Origin: an uncultured bacterium | GTDB taxonomy: Bacteria; Omnitrophota; Gorgyraeia; Zapsychrales; Aceulaceae | Assembly: GCA_937930175.1 (NCBI GenBank) | Contig: CALGLP010000006.1 | Coordinates: 129,749-193,748, forward strand | DNA length: 64,000 bases | Reading direction: 5' to 3' | Shown here: in pieces, positions 8,039 to 18,320 of the stretch | Layout of the letters: each line of letters begins with the position of its first letter | How positions within the stretch are numbered: the stretch's first letter is position 1 | Made by a program: the position numbers and the translations under genes | The notes under the pieces: generated by a model | Databases searched by the model: none | The model's input: only the letters and a program-made list of their open reading frames with translations | What the model was told of the DNA's origin: nothing

Positions 8039-9985
8039 TTATCCTGTAGCGTTGTTGATGAGCGGAGCCTCGGGCTTTTCCGCAGCAATATCTTTTGGAT
8101 CAGGTTGCATCCCAAGGAGTATCCTAGTTTCTTCGACATCTAAAACTTCTTTTTCTTTTAATTTGGCAACAAGAGTTTCTATTTTTTCTTTGTTGGCGTT
8201 CAGAAGCTTTTTTGCTTGTGTATAACAATCATCGATAAAGCTACGAATCTCGTCGTCAATTGCCTTGGCCGTGGCTTCACTGTAGTTTTTCTCTTCCATC
8301 ATGTCGCGGCCTAAAAAGACTTGACCGTGATGATGTCCTAAGGTCAGCGTTCCGAGTTTATCGCTCATGCCATATTCGCAGATCATGGCCCGGGCAATGC
8401 CTGTGGCTTGTTGTAAATCGCTTTGGGCGCCAGTTGTGATGTCGCTTAAGAAAATTTCTTCGCAGGCTCTGCCTCCGAGGGAAACAATGATTTTCGCTAA
8501 AAGTTCTTTGCGACCCCAGGTTTGTTTGTCTTCTATGGGAGGCGTGATGGTGTATCCTCCGGCCATGCCACGAGGAATAATGGAGACTTTAGTAAAAGGA
8601 TCTGCTCCGGCAACCAACAGCGAAAGGATCGCATGTCCGGCTTCATGATAAGCAGTAATTTCCTTTTCTTTTTTAGAAACGATGTGGCTTTTCTTTTCTG
8701 GGCCCATGGTGACGCGTTCAATCGCCGCTTGCATTTCTTGATGTTCGACTAAGTCTTTGTTTTTTCGAGCAGCAAGCAGGGCCGCTTCATTGCAGGCATT
8801 GGCCAAATCTGCGCCGGAGAAATAAACCGTTTGTTGGGCAATTTTTTTTAAATTAACATTTTCGGATAGCTTGATGTTGCGGGTATGAACTTTTAGGATT
8901 TCTTCGCGACCCACAATATCGGGGAGCGGAACAACGACTTGTCGGTCAAAGCGTCCTGGACGAAGAAGCGCGGGATCAAGCGTGTCGGGGCGATTGGTTG
9001 CGGCCATGACAATAAGACCTCCATGGGTGTCAAAGCCATCCATTTCTACCAGAAGGGCGTTTAAGGTTTGTTCGCGTTCATCGTGTCCTCCGCCAATGCC
9101 AGAAAAGCGGAGTCGACCAACAGCATCAATTTCATCAATAAAAATTATACATCCCTTGCCAGAAACTTTTGAGGCCTTGCGTGCCTGGTCAAAAAGGTCG
9201 CGTACGCGGGAGGCGCCCACGCCAACAAACATTTCAACAAAATCTGAACCGCTTAGCGAGAAAAAAGGAACATCGGCTTCCCCGGCCACAGCCTTGGCCA
9301 AAAGGGTTTTACCCGTTCCTGGACGGCCAATCAAGAGAACACCTTTGGGGATTTTCCCGCCAAGGCGCTCAAATTTCTTTGGTTCTTTAAGAAATTGGAT
9401 GATTTCTTCAAGTTCTTCTTTAGCTTCATCAACACCGGCAACGTCGTTAAATGTGATCTTGAAATTTTTTCCGTCATTCATGCGTGCACGGGATTTGCCA
9501 AAAGACCAGATTTTGTTGCCCATCTGGGACCCGCGGTTGGAGAGAAACCAGAAAAAAAGGATAAGGATCAAGATAGGTCCTAGTGAAAAAAGTAAATTTG
9601 ACCAGAATGTGTTTGCCACCACAACCTTAAAATCGCTTACATTTTCGCGCACGAGATCAAGAAGAGCCTTATCATCGGCGGGAATCGTTACGTGAAATTT
9701 TGTTCCATCGCCGGAAGATCCCTGCATCTGATTATCTGTCATGGCGAGAGATTTGATCGAAGCTGTTTGCGGATTATCCTTGAGCATTTTGTAGAATTCA
9801 CTATAGGTGATTTCTTTAGAGGGGGATGTTCGACTGCCAACGTTTTCTTGGGTCATCAGGACCATGGCCAGAAAAGCCAGGCCTATCCAGAGCCAGAAAT
9901 GATTGGGTTGATTTTTCTTAACGGGCGGTTTCTTGAGCCCTTTTTTAAAACGCAACTTATTGGTGAGTTTTGGTTCTTCAGTCAT
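8039..9985 (-). CDS. ftsH: ATP-dependent zinc metalloprotease FtsH
   Basis: 648 aa. N-terminal TM helices, AAA+ Walker [19 protein letters not shown], second region of homology, HEAGHA zinc motif. Confidence 0.95.
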   Translation of the reverse strand: MTEEPKLTNKLRFKKGLKKPPVKKNQPNHFWLWIGLAFLAMVLMTQENVGSRTSPSKEITYSEFYKMLKDNPQTASIKSLAMTDNQMQGSSGDGTKFHVTIPADDKALLDLVRENVSDFKVVVANTFWSNLLFSLGPILILILFFWFLSNRGSQMGNKIWSFGKSRARMNDGKNFKITFNDVAGVDEAKEELEEIIQFLKEPKKFERLGGKIPKGVLLIGRPGTGKTLLAKAVAGEADVPFFSLSGSDFVEMFVGVGASRVRDLFDQARKASKVSGKGCIIFIDEIDAVGRLRFSGIGGGHDEREQTLNALLVEMDGFDTHGGLIVMAATNRPDTLDPALLRPGRFDRQVVVPLPDIVGREEILKVHTRNIKLSENVNLKKIAQQTVYFSGADLANACNEAALLAARKNKDLVEHQEMQAAIERVTMGPEKKSHIVSKKEKEITAYHEAGHAILSLLVAGADPFTKVSIIPRGMAGGYTITPPIEDKQTWGRKELLAKIIVSLGGRACEEIFLSDITTGAQSDLQQATGIARAMICEYGMSDKLGTLTLGHHHGQVFLGRDMMEEKNYSEATAKAIDDEIRSFIDDCYTQAKKLLNANKEKIETLVAKLKEKEVLDVEETRILLGMQPDPKDIAAEKPEAPLINNATG

Positions 9986-10005
9986 GGTGTATCTTTCCGT
10001 AAAAG

Positions 10006-11073
10006 TTATGTTATTATAACGTCTTTTTTCTTTTTATCAAGAGTCGTTTTTGATACCGTGGTGATAATGATACGTCCGTTTTTTTTGATAGCTGATAGTT
10101 TGTAAGGTAGATCAACGATTGCGTGATTGGGTCGGGCCTGGACAAGATCTTCAAGGGCTTGAATATGGGCAAAGGTTAAAGCGCGCGTGTGTCCTAAAAG
10201 CTTTTCAATCCCAAGGCGCATGGTTTCCCGTAAAACAGCAGGATGAAGAGTTCTAATGGCTTTGAGATCCATGCACAAGGAAGAGCATTTTTTGTTTGTT
10301 GATGAGAATTTTGAAAGAACACCTTCTGCTTGTTTTTTAACATAATTATGGAGAAGTGCCGTGCTTTGGGAAAAGTGGATTAAGGTTTTCTTAATACTCG
10401 GATTATAGTTTTTTTCAAGCAAAGGGATGAGATGGTGACGAATCTTATTTCGCAGGAATTGTGTGTCGAGATTAGACGCATCGACATAAAACCTGATTTT
10501 TCTTGTTTTTAAGAATTTCTCAATAGCGCATCGGTTTGTTTCAAGAAGTGGTCGAATAAAGGTAATCCCCTGTATTGTTCGCTTGGGAAGAATACATTTG
10601 ATGCCCATTGGGCCTGTTCCTCGTATCATGCGCATGAGGATGGTTTCTGCCAAATCGTCTTGGTGGTGACCTAAGGCAATGGCATGCGCGTTGACTTTTT
10701 TTGTGGTATCGACCAGGAAAGCAATGCGTGCTTCCCTCGCTTTTTCTTCGAGGGATCCCTTTATTTTTTGAAGGTGGACCGTTTTGGTAAAAAGAGGCAG
10801 CCCAAGTTTTTTGGCTAATTCTTTGACATAGGCTTGCTCGGGAATAGACTCAGGTCGTAGGCCGTGATTGAGATGAGCGACGAAAAGTTGTAAGCCGAAG
10901 TCATGGTGGAGCGCTTCAAGAGCATATAGTAAAGCTATAGAATCCGGTCCACCAGATACCCCAACAACAATACGGTCCCCGCGCGAGAGAAGTTTATGCG
11001 TGAGGCAGGTATTTTTGATACTTTCAATAAAAGTCATAGGATTATTAGAATTGATTAAACCAACGTGCTCCAA
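10006..11073 (-). CDS. tilS: tRNA(Ile)-lysidine synthetase
   Basis: PP-loop motif VGVSGGPDSIALL. Conserved tilS-ftsH-folP synteny. Confidence 0.85.
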   Translation of the reverse strand: MEHVGLINSNNPMTFIESIKNTCLTHKLLSRGDRIVVGVSGGPDSIALLYALEALHHDFGLQLFVAHLNHGLRPESIPEQAYVKELAKKLGLPLFTKTVHLQKIKGSLEEKAREARIAFLVDTTKKVNAHAIALGHHQDDLAETILMRMIRGTGPMGIKCILPKRTIQGITFIRPLLETNRCAIEKFLKTRKIRFYVDASNLDTQFLRNKIRHHLIPLLEKNYNPSIKKTLIHFSQSTALLHNYVKKQAEGVLSKFSSTNKKCSSLCMDLKAIRTLHPAVLRETMRLGIEKLLGHTRALTFAHIQALEDLVQARPNHAIVDLPYKLSAIKKNGRIIITTVSKTTLDKKKKDVIIT

Positions 11074-11142
11074 AAGCTGCGATGAGAATAAGGAGCAATA
11101 TGAGAGTTAAAAGCATTAGCCAGTCTTGGAGCATAACGATTA

Positions 11143-11685
11143 TTAGTTTCCTTGCAGGCCTCTTTTTTCTTTTTGCGCCTCCAGGTATGCCCCGCGGAGT
11201 TCTTTTTCGTAGGTTGTGTTTGGAGGCGTGATACGAAGGTTTGAAAAACCTTGTCGGATGATTTCCGCGTTAATAAATGTTCCATCGCTTAAGAACGCAT
11301 AAGCCAAGAGATAGCCTTTGGGGTCGCGGTAGAGGTTGTCAAATTCAAGGCGGACCTCTTTGTTGATAATCAGATCATTGATAAAATCATAGGCTCTCTC
11401 TTCGAAGGAAATAATCGGATTTTCTTCTTCTTCAATAATAATATTATATTCATTGCGTGGAAGATCTTTACGTTTGGGACGATCTAGGGGAACAAGACCA
11501 ATCAGTTTGATTTTTCGACCATCAGCGAGGCGAAAAGTTATTGAATCAATCATGCTTTCAATCGTTCCTTGGGATTTCGCCTGTGAGAGTTCGAAGAAAG
11601 GACTGCTTTGCTGGGCATGCGTCTGCGACATGACAAGGAAAGATAAAAGGCAAGATAAAAAGAAGATTCGGGTTCTTTTTTGCAT
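11143..11685 (-). CDS. secreted thermonuclease (staphylococcal nuclease, SNase-like) family protein
   Basis: Signal peptide (MQKRTRIFFLSCLLSFLVMSQTHAQ) then an SNase-like OB-fold pattern (…GRKIKLIGLV…DRPK…EYNIIIE…GYLLAYAFL…). Start moved to the internal Met to remove overlap. Confidence 0.55.
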   Translation of the reverse strand: MQKRTRIFFLSCLLSFLVMSQTHAQQSSPFFELSQAKSQGTIESMIDSITFRLADGRKIKLIGLVPLDRPKRKDLPRNEYNIIIEEEENPIISFEERAYDFINDLIINKEVRLEFDNLYRDPKGYLLAYAFLSDGTFINAEIIRQGFSNLRITPPNTTYEKELRGAYLEAQKEKRGLQGN

Positions 11686-11689
11686 AGGA

Positions 11690-12271
11690 TTATCGGAATT
11701 TCTTCTCAATCACTTTTTCAAATTCGGTGATTTGTTTTGTAATAGCATGTTTGTTTTCTTGAGCTTTTTTAAGTCGTTCTTGATTTTTTCTGATTTCTTC
11801 TTTTAATTTTTCTTGTTGCTTGTCAATGATGGTCTGAGCCTTGGCAAGATCATTCTCAAAGCTTGCTTTTAAGGTCTCGAGGGTTTGTTGTTCTTTGGCG
11901 AGCGCCTCCTGGGCGCGTTCGACTTTTTTTTGGGCGCGATCGATCTTTTCTTGGAGTTTTAGCCTTTCTTTTTCCAAACGCTCATCTTCTTCACTTAAGA
12001 ATTTTTCTAGCTTTTTCTTAGCGTCGGTAACATCAGTTTGCGCTTTTTGTTCCTTCAAACGGGCCTCGCTCATTCTTTCAGTATATTTATCGAGTTCTTT
12101 TTTTTCTTCCTCCGTTAATTGTTTTTGCCGTAATCGCCAGATCTCAAGATTTTCTTTAAGTTCGTCGTTGTAAAAAGCTTTAGGTTCTTGCGCATAGCCG
12201 ACGCCGATTTGGTTTAGTACAGAGAACATGATGAGGGGTAAAAAGACAGAAAGATTTGGTGTTTTTATCAT
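11690..12271 (-). CDS. secreted coiled-coil protein (possibly Skp/OmpH-like), hypothetical
   Basis: 193 aa. Signal peptide then a low-complexity K/E/Q-rich heptad coiled coil. Confidence 0.4.
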   Translation of the reverse strand: MIKTPNLSVFLPLIMFSVLNQIGVGYAQEPKAFYNDELKENLEIWRLRQKQLTEEEKKELDKYTERMSEARLKEQKAQTDVTDAKKKLEKFLSEEDERLEKERLKLQEKIDRAQKKVERAQEALAKEQQTLETLKASFENDLAKAQTIIDKQQEKLKEEIRKNQERLKKAQENKHAITKQITEFEKVIEKKFR

Positions 12272-12277
12272 TTAAGT

Positions 12278-12354
12278 TGGTGGCGGCGAGTGGATTTAAA
12301 CCACTGACCGATCGGGTATGAGCCGAGTGCTCTATCAGGCTGAGCTACGCCGCC
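12278..12354 (-). tRNA. tRNA-Met (anticodon CAT; elongator or tRNA-Ile2-lysidine type)
   Basis: Acceptor GGCGGCG/CGCCGCC with G1-C72 pair (so not initiator), anticodon loop CTCATAC, T-loop TTTAAAT, CCA encoded. Confidence 0.75.
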
Positions 12355-12411
12355 AGAAGTTATGGATTTTACGTTATTCGTTGTGTGATAGCAAGCTTTT
12401 TTGTGAATGTC

Positions 12412-12717
12412 TTATAAATGATAAAAGATGATGTATAAGAAAAAAAGAATGATCCCTATGGCGATGATATAAAAGTCATTGAAGTAAAAGAAATCCCTGA
12501 GGCGTTCACTGGAGGTGTATTCATAGTGTGTGCTTTCTGCAACAACCGATCCAGCGTTTTTGATGCCAGCAATATCCGCGCGCTTAAAGCGAATAAATTG
12601 ACCCGCAATACGATAGGATAAAAGCTTTCCTTGTTCGGAAAGTTCCATGATTTTCTTTTCCGAAACCTTTAAGATTTGGGCTGCTTCTCGGACTGAGATA
12701 AATTGATCGGTTGTCAT
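12412..12717 (-). CDS. excisionase-family (HTH_17) helix-turn-helix protein with C-terminal transmembrane anchor
   Basis: N-terminal ISVREAAQILKVSEKKIMELSEQGKL…IRFKRADI matches the excisionase/MerR-type HTH. C-terminal IIAIGIILFFLYIIF is a hydrophobic helix. Confidence 0.55.
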   Translation of the reverse strand: MTTDQFISVREAAQILKVSEKKIMELSEQGKLLSYRIAGQFIRFKRADIAGIKNAGSVVAESTHYEYTSSERLRDFFYFNDFYIIAIGIILFFLYIIFYHL

Positions 12718-12732
12718 AGGGTGAGCTTTATT

Positions 12733-13248
12733 TTAGCCTTTAGCTTTTTCGAGTGTGATCCAATGGTCAATCTTGGCGCGTTCAAATCGCCAGTCATTGC
12801 CCTCTTTGATCCCGGGAAGTGTGCCGGTATTTGCCATTTCTAAAACAGATGAGAGATCTAATTCTAGATAGCGTGCTGTTTCATCTAAGCTGAATTGTTC
12901 TTTGAACATCTGACATTGGCCTTCAAAAATCGCCCCTTCCACGATATTGAGCTTAGGTGTTGAGATGTTGCCAAGGAGTTCTGCCGAAGGCATCAAAACG
13001 AGCATTGTCGAGGCCACAACATCTCCTTTGACTTTGCCGGCAATGATTACGCTTTCCCCTGTGATCCTGGCTTCGACATTTGCTGATTCTCCAACAGTGA
13101 GCGTGCCTTTGGTTTGAAGGGATCCTGAGAAGAGGCCGTTGATGCGTAAATTGACAGGGTCGTTAAAGGTTAGCGTTCCTTTCATTTCGGCATTGATTTC
13201 AATCGCTTTTTCTTCCGGTTCATTTTTTTTTCGATCGCGTAGCCCCAT
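12733..13248 (-). CDS. bactofilin-domain protein fused to a C-terminal excisionase-family HTH
   Basis: Central beta-helical bactofilin repeats (GTLTF…LRINGLFSGSL…GTLTVGESANVEARITGESVIIAGKVKGDVVAS…LNIVEGAIFEG). C-terminus LDETARYLELDLSSVLEMANTGTLPGIKEGNDWRFERAKIDHWI is an HTH_17-type domain. Confidence 0.6.
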   Translation of the reverse strand: MGLRDRKKNEPEEKAIEINAEMKGTLTFNDPVNLRINGLFSGSLQTKGTLTVGESANVEARITGESVIIAGKVKGDVVASTMLVLMPSAELLGNISTPKLNIVEGAIFEGQCQMFKEQFSLDETARYLELDLSSVLEMANTGTLPGIKEGNDWRFERAKIDHWITLEKAKG

Positions 13249-13262
13249 GATTTCCTCCTCGT

Positions 13263-13715
13263 TTATTCTTTAAAAAGTGTTTCGAGTTTTTTCTCAAGAG
13301 AACGTAAGCCATAAAGTACCCAAAAAACGATAAAGGTTACAATCACGGCCGCGGTCCAAAATCCAGCACCGACCGCAATGCCAATACACGAGACAACCCA
13401 GAGACTTGCGGAGGTTGTTAGCCCGGAGACGTTGTCCCCTGAGCGAATAATGGTTCCAGCGCACAAAAAACCAATCCCTGTGACAATGGCCGCAATAATG
13501 CGCGTTGGATCCCCGAGATTAATATATCTATGTATATCAGAAACATAATATGAAGTCAACACGAGTAGCGTAGAGCCGACGCCAATCAAGATATGGGTTC
13601 GTAGCCCTGCCCCTTTGTGGCGTAAATATCGCTCTGCGCCAATAATGCCCGATAAAATGACGATGAGGGTTGTTTTGGCAAGGATTTCGATCATTTCATA
13701 TACGATTGGGCTCAT
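13263..13715 (-). CDS. MgtC/SapB family membrane protein
   Basis: Four-helix MgtC pattern (ILSGIIGAERYLRHKGAGLRTHILIGVGS…). Start moved to the internal Met that abuts the tsaD stop. Confidence 0.7.
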   Translation of the reverse strand: MSPIVYEMIEILAKTTLIVILSGIIGAERYLRHKGAGLRTHILIGVGSTLLVLTSYYVSDIHRYINLGDPTRIIAAIVTGIGFLCAGTIIRSGDNVSGLTTSASLWVVSCIGIAVGAGFWTAAVIVTFIVFWVLYGLRSLEKKLETLFKE

Positions 13716-14707
13716 TGATGATTTCTCCTTTTTTGATTGGTGGTATGTGCCTGATGAAATCCTAATCCTGCAACCATGGCGGCATTGTCCATGCACAAAG
13801 CAAGATCAGGGAAAAAAACACGAAGGCCGTGTTGTGCGCCTTCGTGGATGAGCGTTTTACGCAAGAGTGAATTTGCCGCAACACCGCCCCCAACGATGAG
13901 TGTTTTTATTTTCTTGGCTAAGCAGGCTTCAATGGTCTTTTTGGTTAGGGATGCGACAACGCTTTGTTGAAAACTGTAAGCAATTTTTTCTAAGGGAAGC
14001 TTTCGAGGATCCCTGTTGCGCTTGGCAAAATAATAAACAGCGGTTTTGATACCGCTAAAACTAAAGTCATGGCTGTTGGGCAAGGCAGCGCAGGGAAAAA
14101 TAATTTCTTCGTTGGTTCCCTTGTGAGCTAAGCGGTCGAGCACTGGGCCACCAGGATAGCCAAGGCCTAAGATACGCGCCACTTTGTCGTACGCCTCCCC
14201 CGCAGCGTCATCGCGGGTTTGGCCAAGGAGTTCAATGGATTGAAAGTTTTTAACAAGAAAGATGCTTGAGTGTCCTCCGGAGACAACAAGGCCGATCGCG
14301 GGAAGTTTTGGTTGGGATGTCATCGGTGGTGCATTTTTAAATTGTAGAAAATTTGCGTATAAATGTGCAGATACATGATTGATTTCAATCAGCGGGATGT
14401 TGAGTCCGTAGGCAAGCGCGCGGGCAAAACACATGCCAACAAGGAGCGAGCCAATCAGTCCTGGTTGAACAGTGACAGCAATAGCATCGATGGCAGATAA
14501 TTTTTTGCCTGAAATACGGAGGGCATCTTGAATCACAAAATTCATAAGCTCAAGCTGTTTGCGTGATGCGATTTCAGGAATGATGCCGCCATATTTTTTG
14601 TGATTGGCAAGACTTGAAGCGATCACATTGGCAAGAATGGTTTTGCCATTCTTCACGATGGAGGCGGCGGTTTCATCACAGGAGGTTTCAATGCCGAGGA
14701 TATGCAT
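13712..14707 (-). CDS. tsaD: tRNA N6-adenosine threonylcarbamoyltransferase
   Basis: 331 aa. MHILGIETSCDETAASIV N-terminus and HxxH-type metal motifs of Kae1/TsaD. Confidence 0.9.
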   Translation of the reverse strand: MHILGIETSCDETAASIVKNGKTILANVIASSLANHKKYGGIIPEIASRKQLELMNFVIQDALRISGKKLSAIDAIAVTVQPGLIGSLLVGMCFARALAYGLNIPLIEINHVSAHLYANFLQFKNAPPMTSQPKLPAIGLVVSGGHSSIFLVKNFQSIELLGQTRDDAAGEAYDKVARILGLGYPGGPVLDRLAHKGTNEEIIFPCAALPNSHDFSFSGIKTAVYYFAKRNRDPRKLPLEKIAYSFQQSVVASLTKKTIEACLAKKIKTLIVGGGVAANSLLRKTLIHEGAQHGLRVFFPDLALCMDNAAMVAGLGFHQAHTTNQKRRNHQ

Positions 14708-14710
14708 AGG

Positions 14711-15574
14711 TTATTGTTTGTTGATTGTTTTGGCTTGGGTGATGATTTCTCGAACTGTAAGAAAAACAAATCCTTTCGCCTGAAGGATGCGGCTTTGCTC
14801 CTTGATCATTTGAAGAGTTAAGGGTCGCGCATGGCCAATACCAACGGCATAGCCTTTTTTTTCTGCCAGGTGCGCAAGCTTAGCAAACTCACCTTCGATC
14901 ATTGTGCGATCAGCGACATTATCCAAGAAGACATCACGTTTAATGAAGGGCATTCCAAGACTTGTGGCTGTCTTTTTGCAAACAGATTTTTCAGAAACGT
15001 AACTATCCACGGCAAAGAAATTTTTTTCTTTAAAGTAAGCAAAAACAGTCTTAAGAAGTTCTTTGTTCTCGGTTGCCTTAGATCCCATATGATTATTGAA
15101 TCCTTGAGCAAAAGGAACTGTGGCTAGCGATTCATCGATAATTTTTCGTATTCTTTCTGGTTTCATAAATCCCTTAATGACGTAATCTTTAGGATAGTTA
15201 TCGGCAGTATAGTGTGGTTCAAGAGGTAGATGCAACATAACTTCTTTGTCATTTCGCGCAGCGCGCTGGGCAATGGTTTTGCTAAAAGGGAGTTTGGGCA
15301 AGACCGCGATGGCCACAGGAATATCAATCGTTTCAAGAAAATCAATGGCTGTGTCATTGTATCCCCAGTCGTCGATAATGATGGCGATAAAACCGCGTGT
15401 TGGTTTTTTGATCTTTTCAGGTAAAGGGATCGCTGTAGTTGTGGATGGTTTTTGTTCCGAGATTTTTGAAACCCAAATGCCAAAAAGAAAGCTTGCGATC
15501 ATTAAGACACAGGCAGTCATAATGATGTTTTGATTTGAAAGTTTCTTTAAGCTTCGGCGTTTCTTTTTTGGCAT
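14711..15574 (-). CDS. divergent polysaccharide deacetylase family protein (YibQ-like)
   Basis: N-terminal TM then IAIIIDDWGY…VAIAVLPKLP…VMLHLPLEPH motifs. Confidence 0.65.
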   Translation of the reverse strand: MPKKKRRSLKKLSNQNIIMTACVLMIASFLFGIWVSKISEQKPSTTTAIPLPEKIKKPTRGFIAIIIDDWGYNDTAIDFLETIDIPVAIAVLPKLPFSKTIAQRAARNDKEVMLHLPLEPHYTADNYPKDYVIKGFMKPERIRKIIDESLATVPFAQGFNNHMGSKATENKELLKTVFAYFKEKNFFAVDSYVSEKSVCKKTATSLGMPFIKRDVFLDNVADRTMIEGEFAKLAHLAEKKGYAVGIGHARPLTLQMIKEQSRILQAKGFVFLTVREIITQAKTINKQ

Positions 15575-16891
15575 TTATTTTTTGTAAATTTTGATTCCTT
15601 TGATAACATTCATGGCCGCTTGGACTTGATTGTCTGCGAGAAGCTTTGCTTTTGCGTCGTTCTCTTTCTTAGCCAGATCATCAGTTGTGGGTTTTTTTTC
15701 TGTTGCCTTGTTCTCAACATTATTGAAGATTTCTTCAGCTTTTTTTGCGCCTTCGATTTTTTCATCAAGGATTGAAGGTTCGGGTGTTCTTTCAACGAGG
15801 ATATCCGGTTCGATGCCGACGCCATGGATGGAGATATCCGAAGGAGTATAATATTTGCTTGTGGTGAGCTTGAGTCCTGCGCCGTCGGGCAAAGGAATTA
15901 CCGACTGTACGGATCCTTTGCCAAAGGATTTTGTTCCAATTGTGATGGCGCGTTTATTATCCTTGAGGGCGCCTGCTAAGATTTCGCTTCCTGAAGCGCT
16001 TCCCTCGTTAATTAAAACTGCCATGGGCCAGGTTAAGAAGGCCCCGTTTTTGTTGGATGACTTGGACACACTATTTTGGGATGGATTGCGTGATTTTGTC
16101 GATACAATTATTTGGCCCTCAGGGAGGAATTCTTCGGTAATGTCGATGGCAATGTTGAGGAGTCCGCCTGGGTTATTGCGCAAGTCAAGAATGAGGCTGT
16201 CCGCTCCTTTTTCTTTTAAGGCACTTAGTCCCTTGTGAAACTCTTTAAAGGAATCTTCACGGAATTCTGTTAAGCGAATATAGCCGATATTGTCCCCTAA
16301 AATCATGACATCCTTAACATCGTGGATGTGGATGATTTCGCGCGTAATGGCTAGCTCCAAGATTTTGCCTTCGCTTTCACGGAAGATTGTAAGGTTGACC
16401 GCTGACCCAGGGTTGCCGCGAAGTTTTTTAACTGCTTCGCTTAAGGTAATATCCTTGGTCGATTCTTCATCAATCTTAACAATTTTATCCAAAGGTTTGA
16501 TGCCGGCTTTCCATGCGGGGGTATCTTCAATCGGCGATATGACGGTCAGAAGATTGTCGCGAATAGAGATTTCGATTCCTAGTCCCCCAAATTTTCCTTC
16601 AGTTTCTGTCTTGAGATCAGTGAAGTCTTCTGGGCTTAAGAATTGGCTATGTGGGTCTAGGGAGCCTAGCATGCCTTTAAGGGATCCATAAATAAGGTCT
16701 TTGGAGGAGGGTTCTTCCACGTAGGCTGCCTGAACCGTAGTGAGTGCATAGCTAAAAAGTTCAATCTGGGAGTAAAGGTCATCAGTGATCTTATCTTTTT
16801 TCTCTACTTCGCAAATTGCAAAGCGTGCAAGTGAGATGATCATTAATAATGACGTTGTTGTGATTAAGAATTTTTTAACTGCTTGAGACAT
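15575..16891 (-). CDS. ctpA: carboxyl-terminal processing protease (S41 family)
   Basis: PDZ domain plus S41 catalytic region (…GLLNIAIDITEEF…INEGSASGSEILAGAL…). Start at Met10 to limit overlap with gatB. Confidence 0.85.
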   Translation of the reverse strand: MSQAVKKFLITTTSLLMIISLARFAICEVEKKDKITDDLYSQIELFSYALTTVQAAYVEEPSSKDLIYGSLKGMLGSLDPHSQFLSPEDFTDLKTETEGKFGGLGIEISIRDNLLTVISPIEDTPAWKAGIKPLDKIVKIDEESTKDITLSEAVKKLRGNPGSAVNLTIFRESEGKILELAITREIIHIHDVKDVMILGDNIGYIRLTEFREDSFKEFHKGLSALKEKGADSLILDLRNNPGGLLNIAIDITEEFLPEGQIIVSTKSRNPSQNSVSKSSNKNGAFLTWPMAVLINEGSASGSEILAGALKDNKRAITIGTKSFGKGSVQSVIPLPDGAGLKLTTSKYYTPSDISIHGVGIEPDILVERTPEPSILDEKIEGAKKAEEIFNNVENKATEKKPTTDDLAKKENDAKAKLLADNQVQAAMNVIKGIKIYKK

Positions 16892-18320
16892 TGTGGATCC
16901 TCCCTTTAATGAGTTCACCGATTTTTTTAGGATTAGCTTTTCCTTGGGTTTTTTTCATGCATTGTCCAACCAGAAATCCGATGGCGTTTTCCTTGCCGGA
17001 TTTGATCGCGTGGACAATGTCCGCGTTTTCTGCTAGGACTTGATCGATAATCGTATTGAGACTTGCATCATCGGAGACTTGGGTTAAGCCTTTTTCTTGA
17101 ATAAGTGTAGCGCTGTCTTTGCCTGTATCGAGCATGTGGGTCAAGACTTCTTTTCCGGTTAAATTGTTGAGGGTCCCGTTTTCAACCTTTTGAATGAGTT
17201 CAGTAAAGTGGGTGATCGATAATTTTGTCTGCGCGATCGTAAGTCGACGGGCGTTAAGTTCTTGTTTTAAAATGCTGATGATCCAGTTTGTAATCTTTTT
17301 GGGATTGTTCCATGCCTTGACGCAGGCTTCAAAAAAGAACGCCAGGTTCTTGTCTTGAACCAAGACGCCTGCATCGTAAAGAGAAAGCTTGTAGTCATTG
17401 ATAAAACGAGTTAATTTCTCTGTAGGAAGTTCGGGAAGGGCTTGACGAGCTTTTTCTGCCATGGAGGTCTCAATCATGAAAGGAACCAAATCTGGCTCAG
17501 GGAAATAACGATAGTCATGTGCTTCTTCTTTGCTGCGCATAGAAACAGTGATTTGCTTTTCTTCATTCCACAGCCGCGTTTCTTGAATGATGCGCTCCCC
17601 GGCTTCAAGGGTCTGGATTTGTCGCTGAACTTCGAAATCAATCGCATTTTTAACGGCGCGAAAGGAGTTGAGATTTTTTAATTCTGTTTTTGTGCCTAGT
17701 ACTTGGACACCCTGTTCGCGAATAGAGACATTGGCATCACAGCGTAAGCTCCCTTTTTCCATGTCACAATCAGAAACATCCAAGTAGGACAAGAGAAGTT
17801 TAAGTGTTGTGAGATAATCATAGGCTTCTTGAGCGCTGCGCATGTCAGGAGCGCTCACGATTTCCACCAAGGGTACACCGGTACGGTTGTAGTCTACAAG
17901 GCTACTTTTTGTTTCAGGGCTATGAATGAGTTTGCCGGCGTCCTCTTCCATGTGCGCACGGATAATGCCCATTTTCTTAACTTGGCCGCCTGTTTCAACT
18001 TTGAGGAAACCCTCTTTGGCGATGGGAAAATCATATTGTGAAATTTGATACGCTTTAGGAAGATCAGGGTAATAATAATTTTTGCGATCAAATTTTACCA
18101 AACTGTTGATGGTGCAGTTGAGTGCCAGTCCAATGGTCATGCCCGAAAGCAGGACCTGTTCGTTTAACACCGGAAGGGATCCTGGAAGCCCCAGGCAGAC
18201 AGGACATGTTTGGCTGTTGGGTTCTCGTCCAAATTGGGTTGAACAGCCACAAAAAATTTTTGTTTGCGTGTTTAACTGCAAGTGAACTTCAAGGCCTATG
18301 ACGGTTTCATAATTTTTCAT
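16875..18320 (-). CDS. gatB: Asp-tRNA(Asn)/Glu-tRNA(Gln) amidotransferase subunit B
   Basis: 481 aa. [17 protein letters not shown]-terminus. gatCAB order. Confidence 0.95.
   Translation of the reverse strand: MKNYETVIGLEVHLQLNTQTKIFCGCSTQFGREPNSQTCPVCLGLPGSLPVLNEQVLLSGMTIGLALNCTINSLVKFDRKNYYYPDLPKAYQISQYDFPIAKEGFLKVETGGQVKKMGIIRAHMEEDAGKLIHSPETKSSLVDYNRTGVPLVEIVSAPDMRSAQEAYDYLTTLKLLLSYLDVSDCDMEKGSLRCDANVSIREQGVQVLGTKTELKNLNSFRAVKNAIDFEVQRQIQTLEAGERIIQETRLWNEEKQITVSMRSKEEAHDYRYFPEPDLVPFMIETSMAEKARQALPELPTEKLTRFINDYKLSLYDAGVLVQDKNLAFFFEACVKAWNNPKKITNWIISILKQELNARRLTIAQTKLSITHFTELIQKVENGTLNNLTGKEVLTHMLDTGKDSATLIQEKGLTQVSDDASLNTIIDQVLAENADIVHAIKSGKENAIGFLVGQCMKKTQGKANPKKIGELIKGRIHNVSSS

Noticed and set aside
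8982-9695. Long antisense ORFs inside ftsH, alaS, ctpA, secDF, gatA and others (e.g. 8982..9695, 34654..35316, 15855..16691, 26897..27562)
   Set aside because: They lie entirely within strongly supported conserved genes on the opposite strand. Their translations are low-complexity with no recognisable domains.
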